The notes below the pieces were generated by a model. It was not told the DNA's origin and made no database searches. It saw nothing but the letters and a program-made list of their open reading frames with translations. A stretch of DNA of 47,274 bases from Chthoniobacteraceae bacterium (GTDB taxonomy: Bacteria; Verrucomicrobiota; Verrucomicrobiia; Chthoniobacterales; Chthoniobacteraceae). This document shows, piece after piece, positions 30,494 to 40,550 of the stretch. The position numbers and the translations under genes are program-made. Location: positions 1-47,274 of the forward strand of contig JANNWY010000021.1 of assembly GCA_031409335.1 (NCBI GenBank), read 5' to 3'. How positions within the stretch are numbered: the first letter of the stretch is position 1; every line of letters starts with the position of its first letter.

Positions 30494-31195
30494 TCAGCGC
30501 CCGTCCGCCTCGTGTCGCGCGATCAGCCGCGATTGCTCGAAGCCCGCTTTGCATTGCATGAGGATGAAGCCGCCGATCAGCGCCACCCACCAATCTTCCT
30601 GCTTCAGCCCAAAGAACACGAGTGCCACGCCAGCGAGCGCGCCGATGATCGTGACCACGAGCAGGCTCTTCGCGCGACCGATTCCAAACCAGAGCAGCGA
30701 TTGCAGGATCTGGCCGCCATCGAGCGGATAGACGGGCAGCATATTAAAGATGAGCAGTCCGAAATTGATCCACGCCACGGTATTGGCGAACTGCATCAAA
30801 TCGGTGCCCGCGAGCGCGCTGCCAGCCACGAGTTTCTCCACGACCAAGAGCACCGGGATTAGCGCCACATTCACCAGCGGCCCCGCGGCGATGCTCCAGA
30901 GGACGGCTCCGGGCCGCACCGGCGGACTGACGAAGGCCACGCCGCCGAGCGGCCAGAGCACGATGCGATCGGCGGTGCCGCCGACTTGCCGGCATGCAAA
31001 GGTATGGCCGAATTCGTGGAGCAGCACGATGCCGAAGAGTGCGAGATATTCCCACAGGTTCCAGATCATCGACTGGTAGGCCGAGCCGCGGAACTGGACC
31101 TGGTAGCCGGCGACCAGGAACCACATCCAATGGACGAAGACATCGACACCGCGAAAACGGAAAAAATGCAACGAACCGGGATGGCTGGGATTCAT
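30494..31195 (-). CDS. Site-2 protease (M50) family membrane metalloprotease
   Basis: HEFGH zinc motif, AAGPLVN, NMLPVYPLDGG, several hydrophobic helices. Confidence 0.93.
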   Translation of the reverse strand: MNPSHPGSLHFFRFRGVDVFVHWMWFLVAGYQVQFRGSAYQSMIWNLWEYLALFGIVLLHEFGHTFACRQVGGTADRIVLWPLGGVAFVSPPVRPGAVLWSIAAGPLVNVALIPVLLVVEKLVAGSALAGTDLMQFANTVAWINFGLLIFNMLPVYPLDGGQILQSLLWFGIGRAKSLLVVTIIGALAGVALVFFGLKQEDWWVALIGGFILMQCKAGFEQSRLIARHEADGR

Positions 31196-31241
31196 GGAGC
31201 GCGGAGGGTAGCACGATTCGCGGCGGCCCGGTTGGGGGAAA

Positions 31242-31386
31242 TGAGGTGCGCTAGCTTCTTGGACCAGAACCCACTAAAGAAAGCCCAAGAATGGAAACCA
31301 AAGAACGCAAGCAATACACGGCGGAATTCAAAGCGCAGGCCGTCGCGCTGATGGCGACCGGGAAGCCCGTGGCGCAGCTCGCCGAC
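31242..31386 (+). mobile_element. IS3-family left end and truncated OrfA
   Basis: TG-initiated end at 31242. ATG 31291 gives METKERKQYTAEFKAQAVALMATGKPVAQLA, then the sequence breaks off. Confidence 0.75.
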
Positions 31387-31576
31387 TGCGGCGGATGGGA
31401 GAATCTATATCATCAACGAGAAGGGGACGGTTTTCGTCTGCGAGGCAGGGGATAGCTTCAAAATCCTCGCGACGATCCCGCTGGGCGGCGCCGAGGGCAC
31501 GCGCTCGTCGATCGCCATCTCCGACGGCCAGACCTTCATCCGCACGACAGAGAATCTCTTTTGCCTCGGGAGGTAG
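31379..31576 (+). pseudogene. C-terminal remnant of a PQQ-like beta-propeller (BamB-like) protein
   Basis: SPTAADGRIYIINEKGTVFV...SSIAISDGQTFIRTTENLFCLGR*. Confidence 0.75.
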
Positions 31577-33245
31577 CGTGTCGGCGGGCCATCAGCAAGA
31601 GCCCGCCGCAGCCGAGCAGCAGCGCTGCCGCCGGCTCGGGCACGTTCGTCTTGAGGATCGCTTGCGAGTCGTCGGTGAAGGTCGCGCTAAAGACGAGTTG
31701 GCCGGCGTCGTTGAGGGAGCGGGCCGCCGTGAAGGCCGCGTCGAAATTCCCGTGGACGGTGGAGACCGTGCGGGTGACGCCGGGCGCGAGTACAAGGCTT
31801 TCGCCTTGGATGGCGATCTTCATCAGCCCGAGCCCGGGGTCCCAAGCCCACAGCCCGCGCCGGGTCACGGTGCCGGCGGCATTTTGCGCCTCAGCGAGGA
31901 AGGCAAACTGGCCGAGTTCGTTGAGCACCGGGCGAACCGTGGCGAGATCGCCGAAGACGAATCCTGCCGGCGCGCCGGGGGCGAGCTGCCCTTCGCGCAC
32001 CACGGGCTGGAGCGTGATCAATTTCCCGGTCCAGATCGCCGAATCGTTGCTGGCGTTGATCCCGGTTCCGGCGACGAAGGCTTTGAAGACCACGTTGCCC
32101 GCGTCGTTCACCTCGGCCCCGTCGAAAGGGTTCGCGCCGCTGTTGGAAAAGTTGACGCCGCTGGCGAGGCCGGGCGCGGGCGCGCTTTCGCGGGCGGCGA
32201 GCAGGGTATTCCCCGCGACCCGCGCCCAGAGCCCGTGCTGATTCGCGGAGATGACTCCGCCAGCGCCGGTCGTGAGCAGCGCGGGGAAGGCGAAGTTGCC
32301 CACCGGGCTCACGCCGAAGCGCCGGTCGGCACCCCGCGCGAGGGTGGTCTTGTCGAAAAGCGCGCCCACTGGAGCGCCTGGCGCCTGCGCGCTGCCGAGG
32401 GCGATGAGGCTCACGCCCGCCGCCGAGTTTCCGAGCCAAATCCCGCGGGTATCGTCATTGAGCCGTCCGCCGAAAACCACCTGGCCTTGATTGCTCAGTT
32501 GCAGCCCGGTAAAGGGCATCACGTCGCCCGAGCCCGAGCTCGACTGGAAGGTCCGTCCGCCGCTCACGCCCGGCGCGGGGCTGCCTTCGCGGGCGAGCAT
32601 TCGCAGCCCGGCGGATTGTTCGTTCACCCAGATGCCGACATCGTTGGTAGTGCTCACGCCGCCCACGCCGGACTTGAGGAATCCTCGAAAACCGACCTGA
32701 CCGCTGCTGTTCGAGACCAACTCGAAAAAGTCGCTGAACACTGCGCCAGCGGGCGTGTCGGGCGCGGCGATGCCGGTGCGATAGATCGGAGTGAGCGAAC
32801 CGGGCGCACCCTGCCAGAGGGCCTTGTTGTTGTCGTTTGTCACGCTGCCCGTGCCAGTCGTGACGATGCCGCGAAAGGTGACGCGTCCGGCGTCATCGAG
32901 ATAGGGACCGGAGCTGGCGTTCAGCGTGAGCGAGGAGAAATTCACGCCCGCCGGAAGGCCGGGCGCCTGCACACCGGCTTTCGCAACCCGCACCGTGGCG
33001 GTGCCGTCATTCCGCCAGATGCCATCCGCCGTGTTGAAGGATGGATCGACGCGCGCGCCAAAGACGACCTGCCCGCCGTTGCCGACTTCGAAGCCGTTGA
33101 ACTCGCGGAAATTGATCCCGGTATTTTCCCCTGGCGCCTGCGTGCCGGTCCGCGCGACGACGGTGATGATCGGTGCGGCGGTCGCGGGTCCGGGGAGCAA
33201 GAGTGCGGCGAGAGCCGTGGTTGCGATGAGGTGGATGGGTTTCAT
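31536..33245 (-). CDS. PEP-CTERM protein with NxxGxxAF tandem repeats
   Basis: Signal peptide. Repeats NSSGQVGF, NDAGNVVF, NELGQFAF, NDAGQLVF and REG..APG. Ends VPEPAAALLLGCGGLLLMARR with a run-on tail. Confidence 0.9.
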   Translation of the reverse strand: MKPIHLIATTALAALLLPGPATAAPIITVVARTGTQAPGENTGINFREFNGFEVGNGGQVVFGARVDPSFNTADGIWRNDGTATVRVAKAGVQAPGLPAGVNFSSLTLNASSGPYLDDAGRVTFRGIVTTGTGSVTNDNNKALWQGAPGSLTPIYRTGIAAPDTPAGAVFSDFFELVSNSSGQVGFRGFLKSGVGGVSTTNDVGIWVNEQSAGLRMLAREGSPAPGVSGGRTFQSSSGSGDVMPFTGLQLSNQGQVVFGGRLNDDTRGIWLGNSAAGVSLIALGSAQAPGAPVGALFDKTTLARGADRRFGVSPVGNFAFPALLTTGAGGVISANQHGLWARVAGNTLLAARESAPAPGLASGVNFSNSGANPFDGAEVNDAGNVVFKAFVAGTGINASNDSAIWTGKLITLQPVVREGQLAPGAPAGFVFGDLATVRPVLNELGQFAFLAEAQNAAGTVTRRGLWAWDPGLGLMKIAIQGESLVLAPGVTRTVSTVHGNFDAAFTAARSLNDAGQLVFSATFTDDSQAILKTNVPEPAAALLLGCGGLLLMARRHATSRGKRDSLSCG

Positions 33246-33477
33246 GGAGGGGGGGGTTCAGGAATGCGTGCGGACGACAGCGCCCGGTGAAAACGCGCCC
33301 TTTGGGTTAGCGGCTCGGAGCAGCCCTGTCGAGCGCGATCCCGGCGAATCTTTCACCGCCGCCCGCTCGCGCCCGGCGCTGGGCCGCACCATGATCCCGG
33401 CCCTTTTTCCATGCATCACGATCCCGCTCTTCTCTGCTCGCTGGGCGCGAATGTCGGCACGCCGTTCTGGCTCTACG

Positions 33478-33597
33478 ACGCGCAGCGACATCTACAGCCT
33501 TGGCGTGCTGCTTTACGAACTGCTCACCGGCTATAACCCGATCGACACGGCCACGATGGCTCGGGCGGGCATGGATGAAATCCGCCGCCTCATCCGC
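33478..33597 (+). pseudogene. Orphan Ser/Thr kinase fragment (subdomains IX-X)
   Basis: TRSDIYSLGVLLYELLTG...DEIRRLIR, paralogous to ~25040-25160. Confidence 0.8.
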
Positions 33598-33751
33598 TTT
33601 GGGTTCTGCGTTGGCGAGGGCGTTTTTTTGGGGGTGGAAAAGCGACACGCTTCGCGCATGGCACGCGGGCAGCGGAATGGCGTGCGTCTCGTGCGAGCGA
33701 AAATGCCTGGCCTGCTCGACACGCGAAAGGTTTCTGGCAACGTCGCTGGAC

Positions 33752-34927
33752 ATGAACCCAAGCGCCGGAAAAACATTCGCTGAATTCTTCGCTGGCATCG
33801 GCCTCATGCGCATTGGACTCGAGCGTGCGGGCTGGCATATTGCGTTCGCCAACGACATTGATGAAGACAAGTGGCAAATGTATCGCGAGCACTTTGGCGA
33901 CACGGGCGAGTTTATTGTGGACGACGTTCACAAGATTGATGCGCGCACAGTGCCCGCCGTCGCGCTGGCGACGGCTTCATTCCCCTGCAACGATCTTTCA
34001 TTGGCGGGCGCGCGCAAGGGTCTTGCGGGCGAGCAATCGTCCGCATTCTGGGGCTTCATCGAAGTGCTCACCAAGATGGGCGCAAAGCGCCCGCCGATCG
34101 TTCTGCTAGAGAACGTCACAGGGTTCCTGACCTCGCACGACGGAAACGATTTTCGTGACGCGCTAATCGCGCTGAATCGTCTCGGTTACGCCGTGGACGC
34201 CTTGATCATTGATGCGGTGCGATTCGTGCCGCAAAGCCGCCAACGCTTATTTGTCGTTGGCACGAGAACCGAAAGTGTCTCAGCGGTGAATGAAACTCCC
34301 AGCTTTTACGAGAGCGACTGTCGCCCTCCTGCACTCGCAGACTTCATTCTCTGGAATCCTGAAATCAATTGGCGCATCCGTGAGATGCCACGGCTTCCTG
34401 AATCAAAGCTGGAGCTTTTAGACATTCTCGAAACCGTGTCGCCCAACTCGGGGATATGGTGGAGCAAGGAGCGATGTGACTACCTGCTGAATCAAATGAG
34501 CGCGAAACACCGCGCAGTTGCGGATGAAATGATTCGCGGCACGAAGACGACATACGGAACTGTTTTCCGGCGTGTGCGGAATGGAAAATCAATGGCGGAG
34601 CTTCGCACCGACGGCATTGCCGGATGTCTGCGGACTCCGCGCGGCGGCAGCGGTCGCCAAATCCTATTCGCGGCTGGCAGAGGCCGCTTTGCCGTGCGCC
34701 TCCTCACCGCCCGCGAATGCGCGCGGCTTATGGGCGCTGGCGATTTCAAAATCAACGTCCCGCTCAATCAGGCTTTGTTCGGGTTTGGAGATGCGGTGTG
34801 CGTGCCCGTGATTGAGTGGCTTGCGCGGAACCATTTGAATCCGGTTTGGAAAGAGGATTTCTCAGCACCGCCGCCAAGCCCGCCGAGACCCGAAACCGTG
34901 TCCTATCGGAAAGCTGCGCGTCGCTGA
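33752..34927 (+). CDS. dcm: DNA (cytosine-5)-methyltransferase
   Basis: Motifs I FAGIG, IV FPCNDLS, VI ENV, VIII QSRQR, IX RECARLMG, X GDAVCVPV. Confidence 0.95.
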   Translation: MNPSAGKTFAEFFAGIGLMRIGLERAGWHIAFANDIDEDKWQMYREHFGDTGEFIVDDVHKIDARTVPAVALATASFPCNDLSLAGARKGLAGEQSSAFWGFIEVLTKMGAKRPPIVLLENVTGFLTSHDGNDFRDALIALNRLGYAVDALIIDAVRFVPQSRQRLFVVGTRTESVSAVNETPSFYESDCRPPALADFILWNPEINWRIREMPRLPESKLELLDILETVSPNSGIWWSKERCDYLLNQMSAKHRAVADEMIRGTKTTYGTVFRRVRNGKSMAELRTDGIAGCLRTPRGGSGRQILFAAGRGRFAVRLLTARECARLMGAGDFKINVPLNQALFGFGDAVCVPVIEWLARNHLNPVWKEDFSAPPPSPPRPETVSYRKAARR

Positions 34928-34936
34928 TTGCATCCA

Positions 34937-35884
34937 ATGAGCGCAACGACCAGCAGGCTCGCATCGCTATGCAAAGAGCATCCGAAACTTCTACGGAAGG
35001 GTGGGCTTTGCGTAGCCCTGGTTCTCACAGAGACAGCAAAGGAAAAGGGCTTACCGCTCACTGCGGAATCATTGCGAACTGAGGAAGGCGGACAGGTCGC
35101 GGGACTCGGCAAAGCAGCAGTGCAAAAGATTCTTGAGGCCCACGGCATTACCAAGGTTCTCGCGGAGGAAGGAGGCAGAACAAGCCGCGGCAGCCTTGGA
35201 CTGATGAAGGCTTACATTGAGGCGTTGAACGCGCTTCATAAGCGCGGAGCTGCAAATCTCGACGAAGCTCTTGCATGGTGGATTGAGCGAGTGCGCGCCC
35301 ACTTCGCAGCGGAGGGGCCGAAGTTCCATTTCGATACCGGCAAGTCACTGCGGGCGAACATTGGCGATTTGCTTGAACAGGCGCGTGAAATACAGGCCAA
35401 TGCGGGCGGGACAAACTACGTCGGCGCAATGCTTCAACACCTCGTGGGCGCGAAGCTCGATTTGGTGCTCGGCGCGGGCAAGCTCAAGCACCACGGGGCG
35501 TCGGTTGCCGACCATTCCACCGACCGCGCAGGCGATTTCCATGTTGAGGCGGTGGCGATTCACGTCACCACAAACCCGAGTGAGGCTTTGGTGCGAAAGT
35601 GCAGCGACAATCTGAGCGCCGGGTTGAAGCCGCTCATCGTCACCATTGGGGATGGCCTCATCGGTGCGGAGTTCCTGTTGAAAAACGCTGGTCTCGCCGA
35701 CCGAGTGGACGTGCTTGATGCGGGCCAATTCCTGACGGCGAATGTTTATGAGCGGAGTTTCTTCAAAGCCGCCGAATGCAAGGTGACGCTCGGACGGTTG
35801 CTCGAACGTTACAACGAGATTGTCGCATCGTGCGAGACGGACCCGACGCTGCAAATCAAACTCCCCGTCACGAAAGCGCATTGA
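34937..35884 (+). CDS. DUF4928-like protein, putative restriction endonuclease
   Basis: EEGGRTSRGS, GAMLQHLVGAKL, GDFHVEAVAIHVT. Lies between the C5-MTase and vsr. Confidence 0.7.
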   Translation: MSATTSRLASLCKEHPKLLRKGGLCVALVLTETAKEKGLPLTAESLRTEEGGQVAGLGKAAVQKILEAHGITKVLAEEGGRTSRGSLGLMKAYIEALNALHKRGAANLDEALAWWIERVRAHFAAEGPKFHFDTGKSLRANIGDLLEQAREIQANAGGTNYVGAMLQHLVGAKLDLVLGAGKLKHHGASVADHSTDRAGDFHVEAVAIHVTTNPSEALVRKCSDNLSAGLKPLIVTIGDGLIGAEFLLKNAGLADRVDVLDAGQFLTANVYERSFFKAAECKVTLGRLLERYNEIVASCETDPTLQIKLPVTKAH

Positions 35885-35902
35885 GCACGGGTGCGGCGCA
35901 TC

Positions 35903-36205
35903 ATGTCCGATGTGTTCACTACGGCAGAATGAAGCGAGATCATGGTGCGCATCCGCTCGCGCGGGAACCGCGCGACGGAACTCCGCCTCATCGCGCTGCT
36001 GCGCGAGCACGGCATCACCGGCAGGCAGCAGAACGTGCGCGTTTTCGGCAAACCCGATTTTGTGTTCCGCCGGGAGCGTGTCGCCGTGTTTGTGGACGGT
36101 TGCTTTTGGCACGGCTGCCCGCGCCACGGGTGCGTCCCTGCGTTCCGCCGTGCGTATTGGCGACCGAAGCTCACTCGAAATGCGCAGCGCGACCGCGCCA
36201 TCAGC
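35903..36205 (+). pseudogene. vsr: Very short patch repair endonuclease pseudogene
   Basis: MSDVFTTAE*SEIMVRIRSRGN, GKPDFVF, FVDGCFWHGCPRH, YWRPKLTRNAQRDR. TGA at 35930-35932, and the C-terminal GW..WE part is missing. Confidence 0.88.
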
Positions 36206-36278
36206 CCCGTCTGTGGTGTGGAGTCCGCGCCGCTCCGCGCGCTTGCATTTGCGGGGGTGCGCGGTGGAGTCTCCCGCG

Positions 36279-39194
36279 ATGATTTCCTTTCCTCGCCTTC
36301 TCCGATTCACGCGGGCCGTGCTCTTGTGCTCGATCGGGTGCTGGGAGTCGGTGGCTTCGGCGGCAGAGGCGATCCGTCCGCCGGGTAATCGTCCGCTGCC
36401 GGCTTCCGTGCATGCATTGGTCGGCGGGCGGGTGGTGGTGAAGCCGGGCCAGGAGTTGGAGCGCGGGACGATCCTGCTGCGCGACGGGCGGATCGTGGCG
36501 GTGGGAGCGGAGGTCGCGGTGCCGGCGGAGGCGCGGGTGCATGACATGGCGGGGACGACGATCTACGCCGGGTTCATCGATGCGCATGTGGTCTTTGCGA
36601 AAGGCGGTGGGGAGCGCGCGGCGGCGCTGGATGCCGGGCCGGCGGACGATGCGCCGGAGGATCGTGCGACGGGTCCGGGGACGGGATTTCTCGGGGCGAC
36701 GTCGGTCGCCGTCGGAGGAAGTGCGAAGTCGCTGGTGACGCCGGAGCGGCGGATGGCGCGGGAGTATGCGCCGGAGAAAAAGGCGCTGGAGGCGTTGCGC
36801 ACGGAAGGTTTCACGGCGGCGAATGTGGTGCCGGATCGCGGGGTGATCCGCGGGGTGAGCGCGCTGGTGTCGCTCGTTTCCGGTGATGCGAACGAGGCGC
36901 TCATTCGTCCGGAGACCTTCCAGCATGTGTTGCTCGATTTGCCGAAGGGGACGAAGCCGGACGAGGATTCCGAGCGGCCCGAACCTTATCCGCACTCGCT
37001 CATGGGCGTGATCTCGGCGGTGCGGCAGACGTTTTTCGATACGCAGTTTCAGGCGGCGGATTTCGCGCACTTCGCCGCGCATCCGAAGGATCGTCCGCGC
37101 CCCGCTTTCGACGCCTCGCTCGATGCGCTCCAGCCCGCGGCGCGGAAGACGATGCCCGTGGTCTTCGAGTCCTCGGCGATGCTCATGGTGGATCGTGCGA
37201 TGCAGCTTTCCCGCGAACTCGGGTTGCAGCCGATCCTGCTCGCGACGGGGCAGGAGTGGCGTCGCCCGGACCTCGTGCGCGCGGCGGACGCGCCATTCAT
37301 CGTGCCGGTGGATTTTCCCGAAGCGCCGAAGCTGCCCGAGGACGACGACTGGCTCGCGGTGCCCTTCGAGACGCTGCGCGCGTGGGATCACGCGCCGGGC
37401 AATCCCGCGCTGCTCCGCCGCGAAGGTCTCGACATCGCGCTCACCACGCACGGTCTCGGAAAGAAGGACAAATTCCGGGCCAACGTCCGGTTCGCCATCG
37501 CGCGCGGCCTGACCGAAGCGGACGCGATCGCCGCGCTGACCACGACGCCCGCGCGCATCTGCGGCGTGGCGGATCAGCTCGGCACGATCGAGCCCGGCAA
37601 GCTCGCGCATCTCACGGTGGTCGAGCGCGGGCGCTACTTCGACGAAGACGCCAGCGTGCGCGAGGTGTGGATCGATGGCCGGCAATTCCTCGCGCCGATC
37701 AAGGACGACAAAAAGAAGGACGCAGACAAGAAACCCGACGCCAAGGCCGACGAGAAAAAGAAGGAAATGGAAAAGGTCCGCGCGCAGCTCACCGCCGCGC
37801 CGGCGCAGAAGGATCGCGGCCCGTTGCTCGCGCCGAAGGCGGTCTTCATCAAGTCCGCGACGCTCTGGACGAGCGGCCCGCAGGGGCGCATCGAGAATGC
37901 GAGCCTGCTCATCGTGGACGGCAAGATCCGCGCGGTCGGAACGATTGCGGAGGTGCCGCCCGATGCGCACGTCATTGACCGCCCCGGCATCCACGTCACG
38001 CCGGGACTCATCGACTGCCACAGCCACAGCATGATCATTGGCGGAGTGAATGAGGCCACGCTGCCTTCCACGGCGATGGTGCGCATCGGCGACGTGGTGA
38101 ATTCCGAAACCGAGACGATCCACCAACAGCTCGGCGGCGGACTCACCGTCGCGAATCTGCTGCACGGCTCGGCCAATCCCATCGGCGGACAGAATTGTGT
38201 CATCAAGCTGCGCGACGGCGCCGCGCCCGAAGACCTGAAGCTCGCGGGCGCGCCCGGCGGCATCAAATTCGCCCTCGGTGAAAACGTGAAGCAGTCGAAC
38301 TGGGGCGCCGCCTTCAAGTATCGCTTCCCGCAGACGCGCATGGGCGTGCCGACCTTTCTCACGAACCGCTTCACCGCGGCCCAGCATTACGCCGCCGCGC
38401 TCGAGAAGCAGCGGCGCGAGGGCGGCCCGCCGGTGCGGCGCGATCTCGAACTCGAGGCCATCGCGGAGATCATCCGCGGCGAGCGCCTCATCCACTGCCA
38501 CAGCTATCGGCAGGATGAAGTCGTCGCTTTTCTCCGCGTCATGGAGCGCTTCGGCGTGCGCGTGGCCACGCTGCAACACATCCTCGAAGGCTACAAAATC
38601 GCTGATGAAATCGCGAAGCACGGCGCGGGCGCTTCGGCCTTTGCGGATTGGTGGGCTTACAAGTTCGAGGTCTATGACGCGATCCCGTATGCCGGCAGCA
38701 TCATGCGCGAGCGCGGGGTGAATGTGTCCTTCAATTCCGATGACAGCGATCTCGCGCGCCGGATGAATCTGGAAGCAGCCAAGGCCGTGAAATATGGCGG
38801 CACGTCTGAGGAGGAGGCGCTGAAATTTGTGACGATCAATCCGGCCAGGCAGCTCGGGATCGACCGGATGGTCGGCTCGCTGGAGGTGGGGAAAGACGGC
38901 GACTTCGCCGTGTGGAGCGGGAGTCCGCTCGCGACTTCGAGCGTGTGTCTGGAGACGTGGATCGACGGGAAACAATACTTCGAGCGCGACGCCGCCCGCC
39001 GGCGCGGAGAAGCGCGGAACGCCGAGCGCCTGACGCTCATCGAGAAGGCGAAGAAGCTCGCCACCGAACCCGACGACGACCCGGCCGCGGCAAAGGCGCA
39101 GGAGAAGTTTTTCTTCCGCGCACTGGAAGACCGCGCGGTTCTCCGCTGCACCGGCTGCTGCCTCGACCACCAGATGATGCCATGGAAAAACTGA
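36279..39194 (+). CDS. Secreted two-domain amidohydrolase family protein
   Basis: AGFIDAH and PGLIDCHSH, LHGSANPIGG, KFALGENVK, IHCHSYR, GSLEVGKDGD. Confidence 0.9.
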   Translation: MISFPRLLRFTRAVLLCSIGCWESVASAAEAIRPPGNRPLPASVHALVGGRVVVKPGQELERGTILLRDGRIVAVGAEVAVPAEARVHDMAGTTIYAGFIDAHVVFAKGGGERAAALDAGPADDAPEDRATGPGTGFLGATSVAVGGSAKSLVTPERRMAREYAPEKKALEALRTEGFTAANVVPDRGVIRGVSALVSLVSGDANEALIRPETFQHVLLDLPKGTKPDEDSERPEPYPHSLMGVISAVRQTFFDTQFQAADFAHFAAHPKDRPRPAFDASLDALQPAARKTMPVVFESSAMLMVDRAMQLSRELGLQPILLATGQEWRRPDLVRAADAPFIVPVDFPEAPKLPEDDDWLAVPFETLRAWDHAPGNPALLRREGLDIALTTHGLGKKDKFRANVRFAIARGLTEADAIAALTTTPARICGVADQLGTIEPGKLAHLTVVERGRYFDEDASVREVWIDGRQFLAPIKDDKKKDADKKPDAKADEKKKEMEKVRAQLTAAPAQKDRGPLLAPKAVFIKSATLWTSGPQGRIENASLLIVDGKIRAVGTIAEVPPDAHVIDRPGIHVTPGLIDCHSHSMIIGGVNEATLPSTAMVRIGDVVNSETETIHQQLGGGLTVANLLHGSANPIGGQNCVIKLRDGAAPEDLKLAGAPGGIKFALGENVKQSNWGAAFKYRFPQTRMGVPTFLTNRFTAAQHYAAALEKQRREGGPPVRRDLELEAIAEIIRGERLIHCHSYRQDEVVAFLRVMERFGVRVATLQHILEGYKIADEIAKHGAGASAFADWWAYKFEVYDAIPYAGSIMRERGVNVSFNSDDSDLARRMNLEAAKAVKYGGTSEEEALKFVTINPARQLGIDRMVGSLEVGKDGDFAVWSGSPLATSSVCLETWIDGKQYFERDAARRRGEARNAERLTLIEKAKKLATEPDDDPAAAKAQEKFFFRALEDRAVLRCTGCCLDHQMMPWKN

Positions 39195-40459
39195 CCTCCA
39201 TCCTCTGCGCGCTGGTGGCGCTCGCCTTCACCGCCCACGCGGAGACGCTGCTCCTGCGCGGCGCGACGGTGCATACCGTGGCCAAAGGCACGCTCACTCC
39301 CGGCGACGTGCTCGTGCACGATGGCAAGATCGCGGCCGTCGCCGCGCGCATCGACGCAGCGGCGGACCGCACCGTGGACCTCGCGGGACTGCATCTGTTT
39401 CCCGGCTTGATCGCCGCCGCGACGGATCTCGGACTCGTGGAAATCGACGGCGTGCGCGCGACCGTTGACGCTCGGGAGGCGGGCGACTTCACGCCCGAGG
39501 TCGAGTCGTGGCTCGCGGTCAATCCCGACTCGGAATTGATCCCGGTTGCGCGGGCGAATGGCCTCACCCATTTCGCCCCCGTGCCGCAAGGCAACCTGCT
39601 GGCGGGCACCTCGGGAATGGTCGCCGCAGCCGGCTGGACGACCGAGGAAATGCTCGTGCGCCGCCGCACCGCGATGCACCTTTTCTGGCCCGATCAGGCG
39701 CTCACCATCCCAGGGCTGAATGCCCCCAAGAAAACCAAACCCCTCGACGAACAAGCCCGCGAGCGCCGGGAGAACGTGCGCGGCATCGAGCAGTTCTTCG
39801 CCGATGCCGAGGCGTGGGAAAAGCGCCCCGCCGGCAGCCCCGCCGTGCCCGCGTGGACAGCGCTGCGACCCGTGCTCAGCGGCGAGATCCCGCTGATGAT
39901 CCACGCCAGCGGCCAGCGGGAAATCCGCACCGCGCTGAAGTGGTCCGAGTCGCACCCGCGCCTGCGCATCGTCCTCGTCGGCGGGCGCGACGCCTGGATG
40001 TTTGCCGACGAACTCGCTCGTCGAAAAGTCGCGGTCATCTACACCGAAGTCTTCACCTTGCCCCCGCTCGGCTCCGATGCCTACGACGTGCAATTCCGCG
40101 CCCCCGGCATCCTGCACCAAGCCGGCGTGACGGTGGCAATCACCACCAGCCTCACCGAGATGAACGCCTCCCTGCAGCGCAATCTCCCCTACCTCGCCGC
40201 CCAAGCCGCCGCCTTCGGCCTGCCCGCCGACGCCGCGCTCGCCACGGTCACCCTCATCCCCGCGCAACTCCACGGCGTGGCCGACCGACTCGGCTCCATC
40301 GAACCCGGCAAGGACGCAACCTTCTTCGCCGCCACCGGCGACATCCTCGACATCCGCTCGGAGGTGAAGCGGCTCTGGATCAGCGGCACCGAGGAGTCGC
40401 TCGAATCCCGCCACACCCGCCTCTCCGAGCGGTATCGCGCGCGGCCGAAGGCGAAGTAG
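39182..40459 (+). CDS. Amidohydrolase-fold partner protein
   Basis: Signal peptide, PGLIAAAT (no HxH), TLIPAQLHGV...GSIEPGKDAT. Confidence 0.88.
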   Translation: MEKLTSILCALVALAFTAHAETLLLRGATVHTVAKGTLTPGDVLVHDGKIAAVAARIDAAADRTVDLAGLHLFPGLIAAATDLGLVEIDGVRATVDAREAGDFTPEVESWLAVNPDSELIPVARANGLTHFAPVPQGNLLAGTSGMVAAAGWTTEEMLVRRRTAMHLFWPDQALTIPGLNAPKKTKPLDEQARERRENVRGIEQFFADAEAWEKRPAGSPAVPAWTALRPVLSGEIPLMIHASGQREIRTALKWSESHPRLRIVLVGGRDAWMFADELARRKVAVIYTEVFTLPPLGSDAYDVQFRAPGILHQAGVTVAITTSLTEMNASLQRNLPYLAAQAAAFGLPADAALATVTLIPAQLHGVADRLGSIEPGKDATFFAATGDILDIRSEVKRLWISGTEESLESRHTRLSERYRARPKAK

Positions 40460-40550
40460 CGGCGGGACGCCGATGGGTCGGACGGCTCTGCGGGCAGTCG
40501 GTGGACTTTGCGGTTTCTGCTAAGCAGGCGGGCTGATTCATTCTGCCTCC

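Noticed and set aside
33246..33300. Third copy of the ECF promoter upstream of the PEP-CTERM gene
   Set aside because: Only CGCAT matches. The TGGCCAG half is absent.
35930..35932. Selenocysteine TGA in vsr
   Set aside because: The position corresponds to Arg rather than Cys, and the gene is also truncated.
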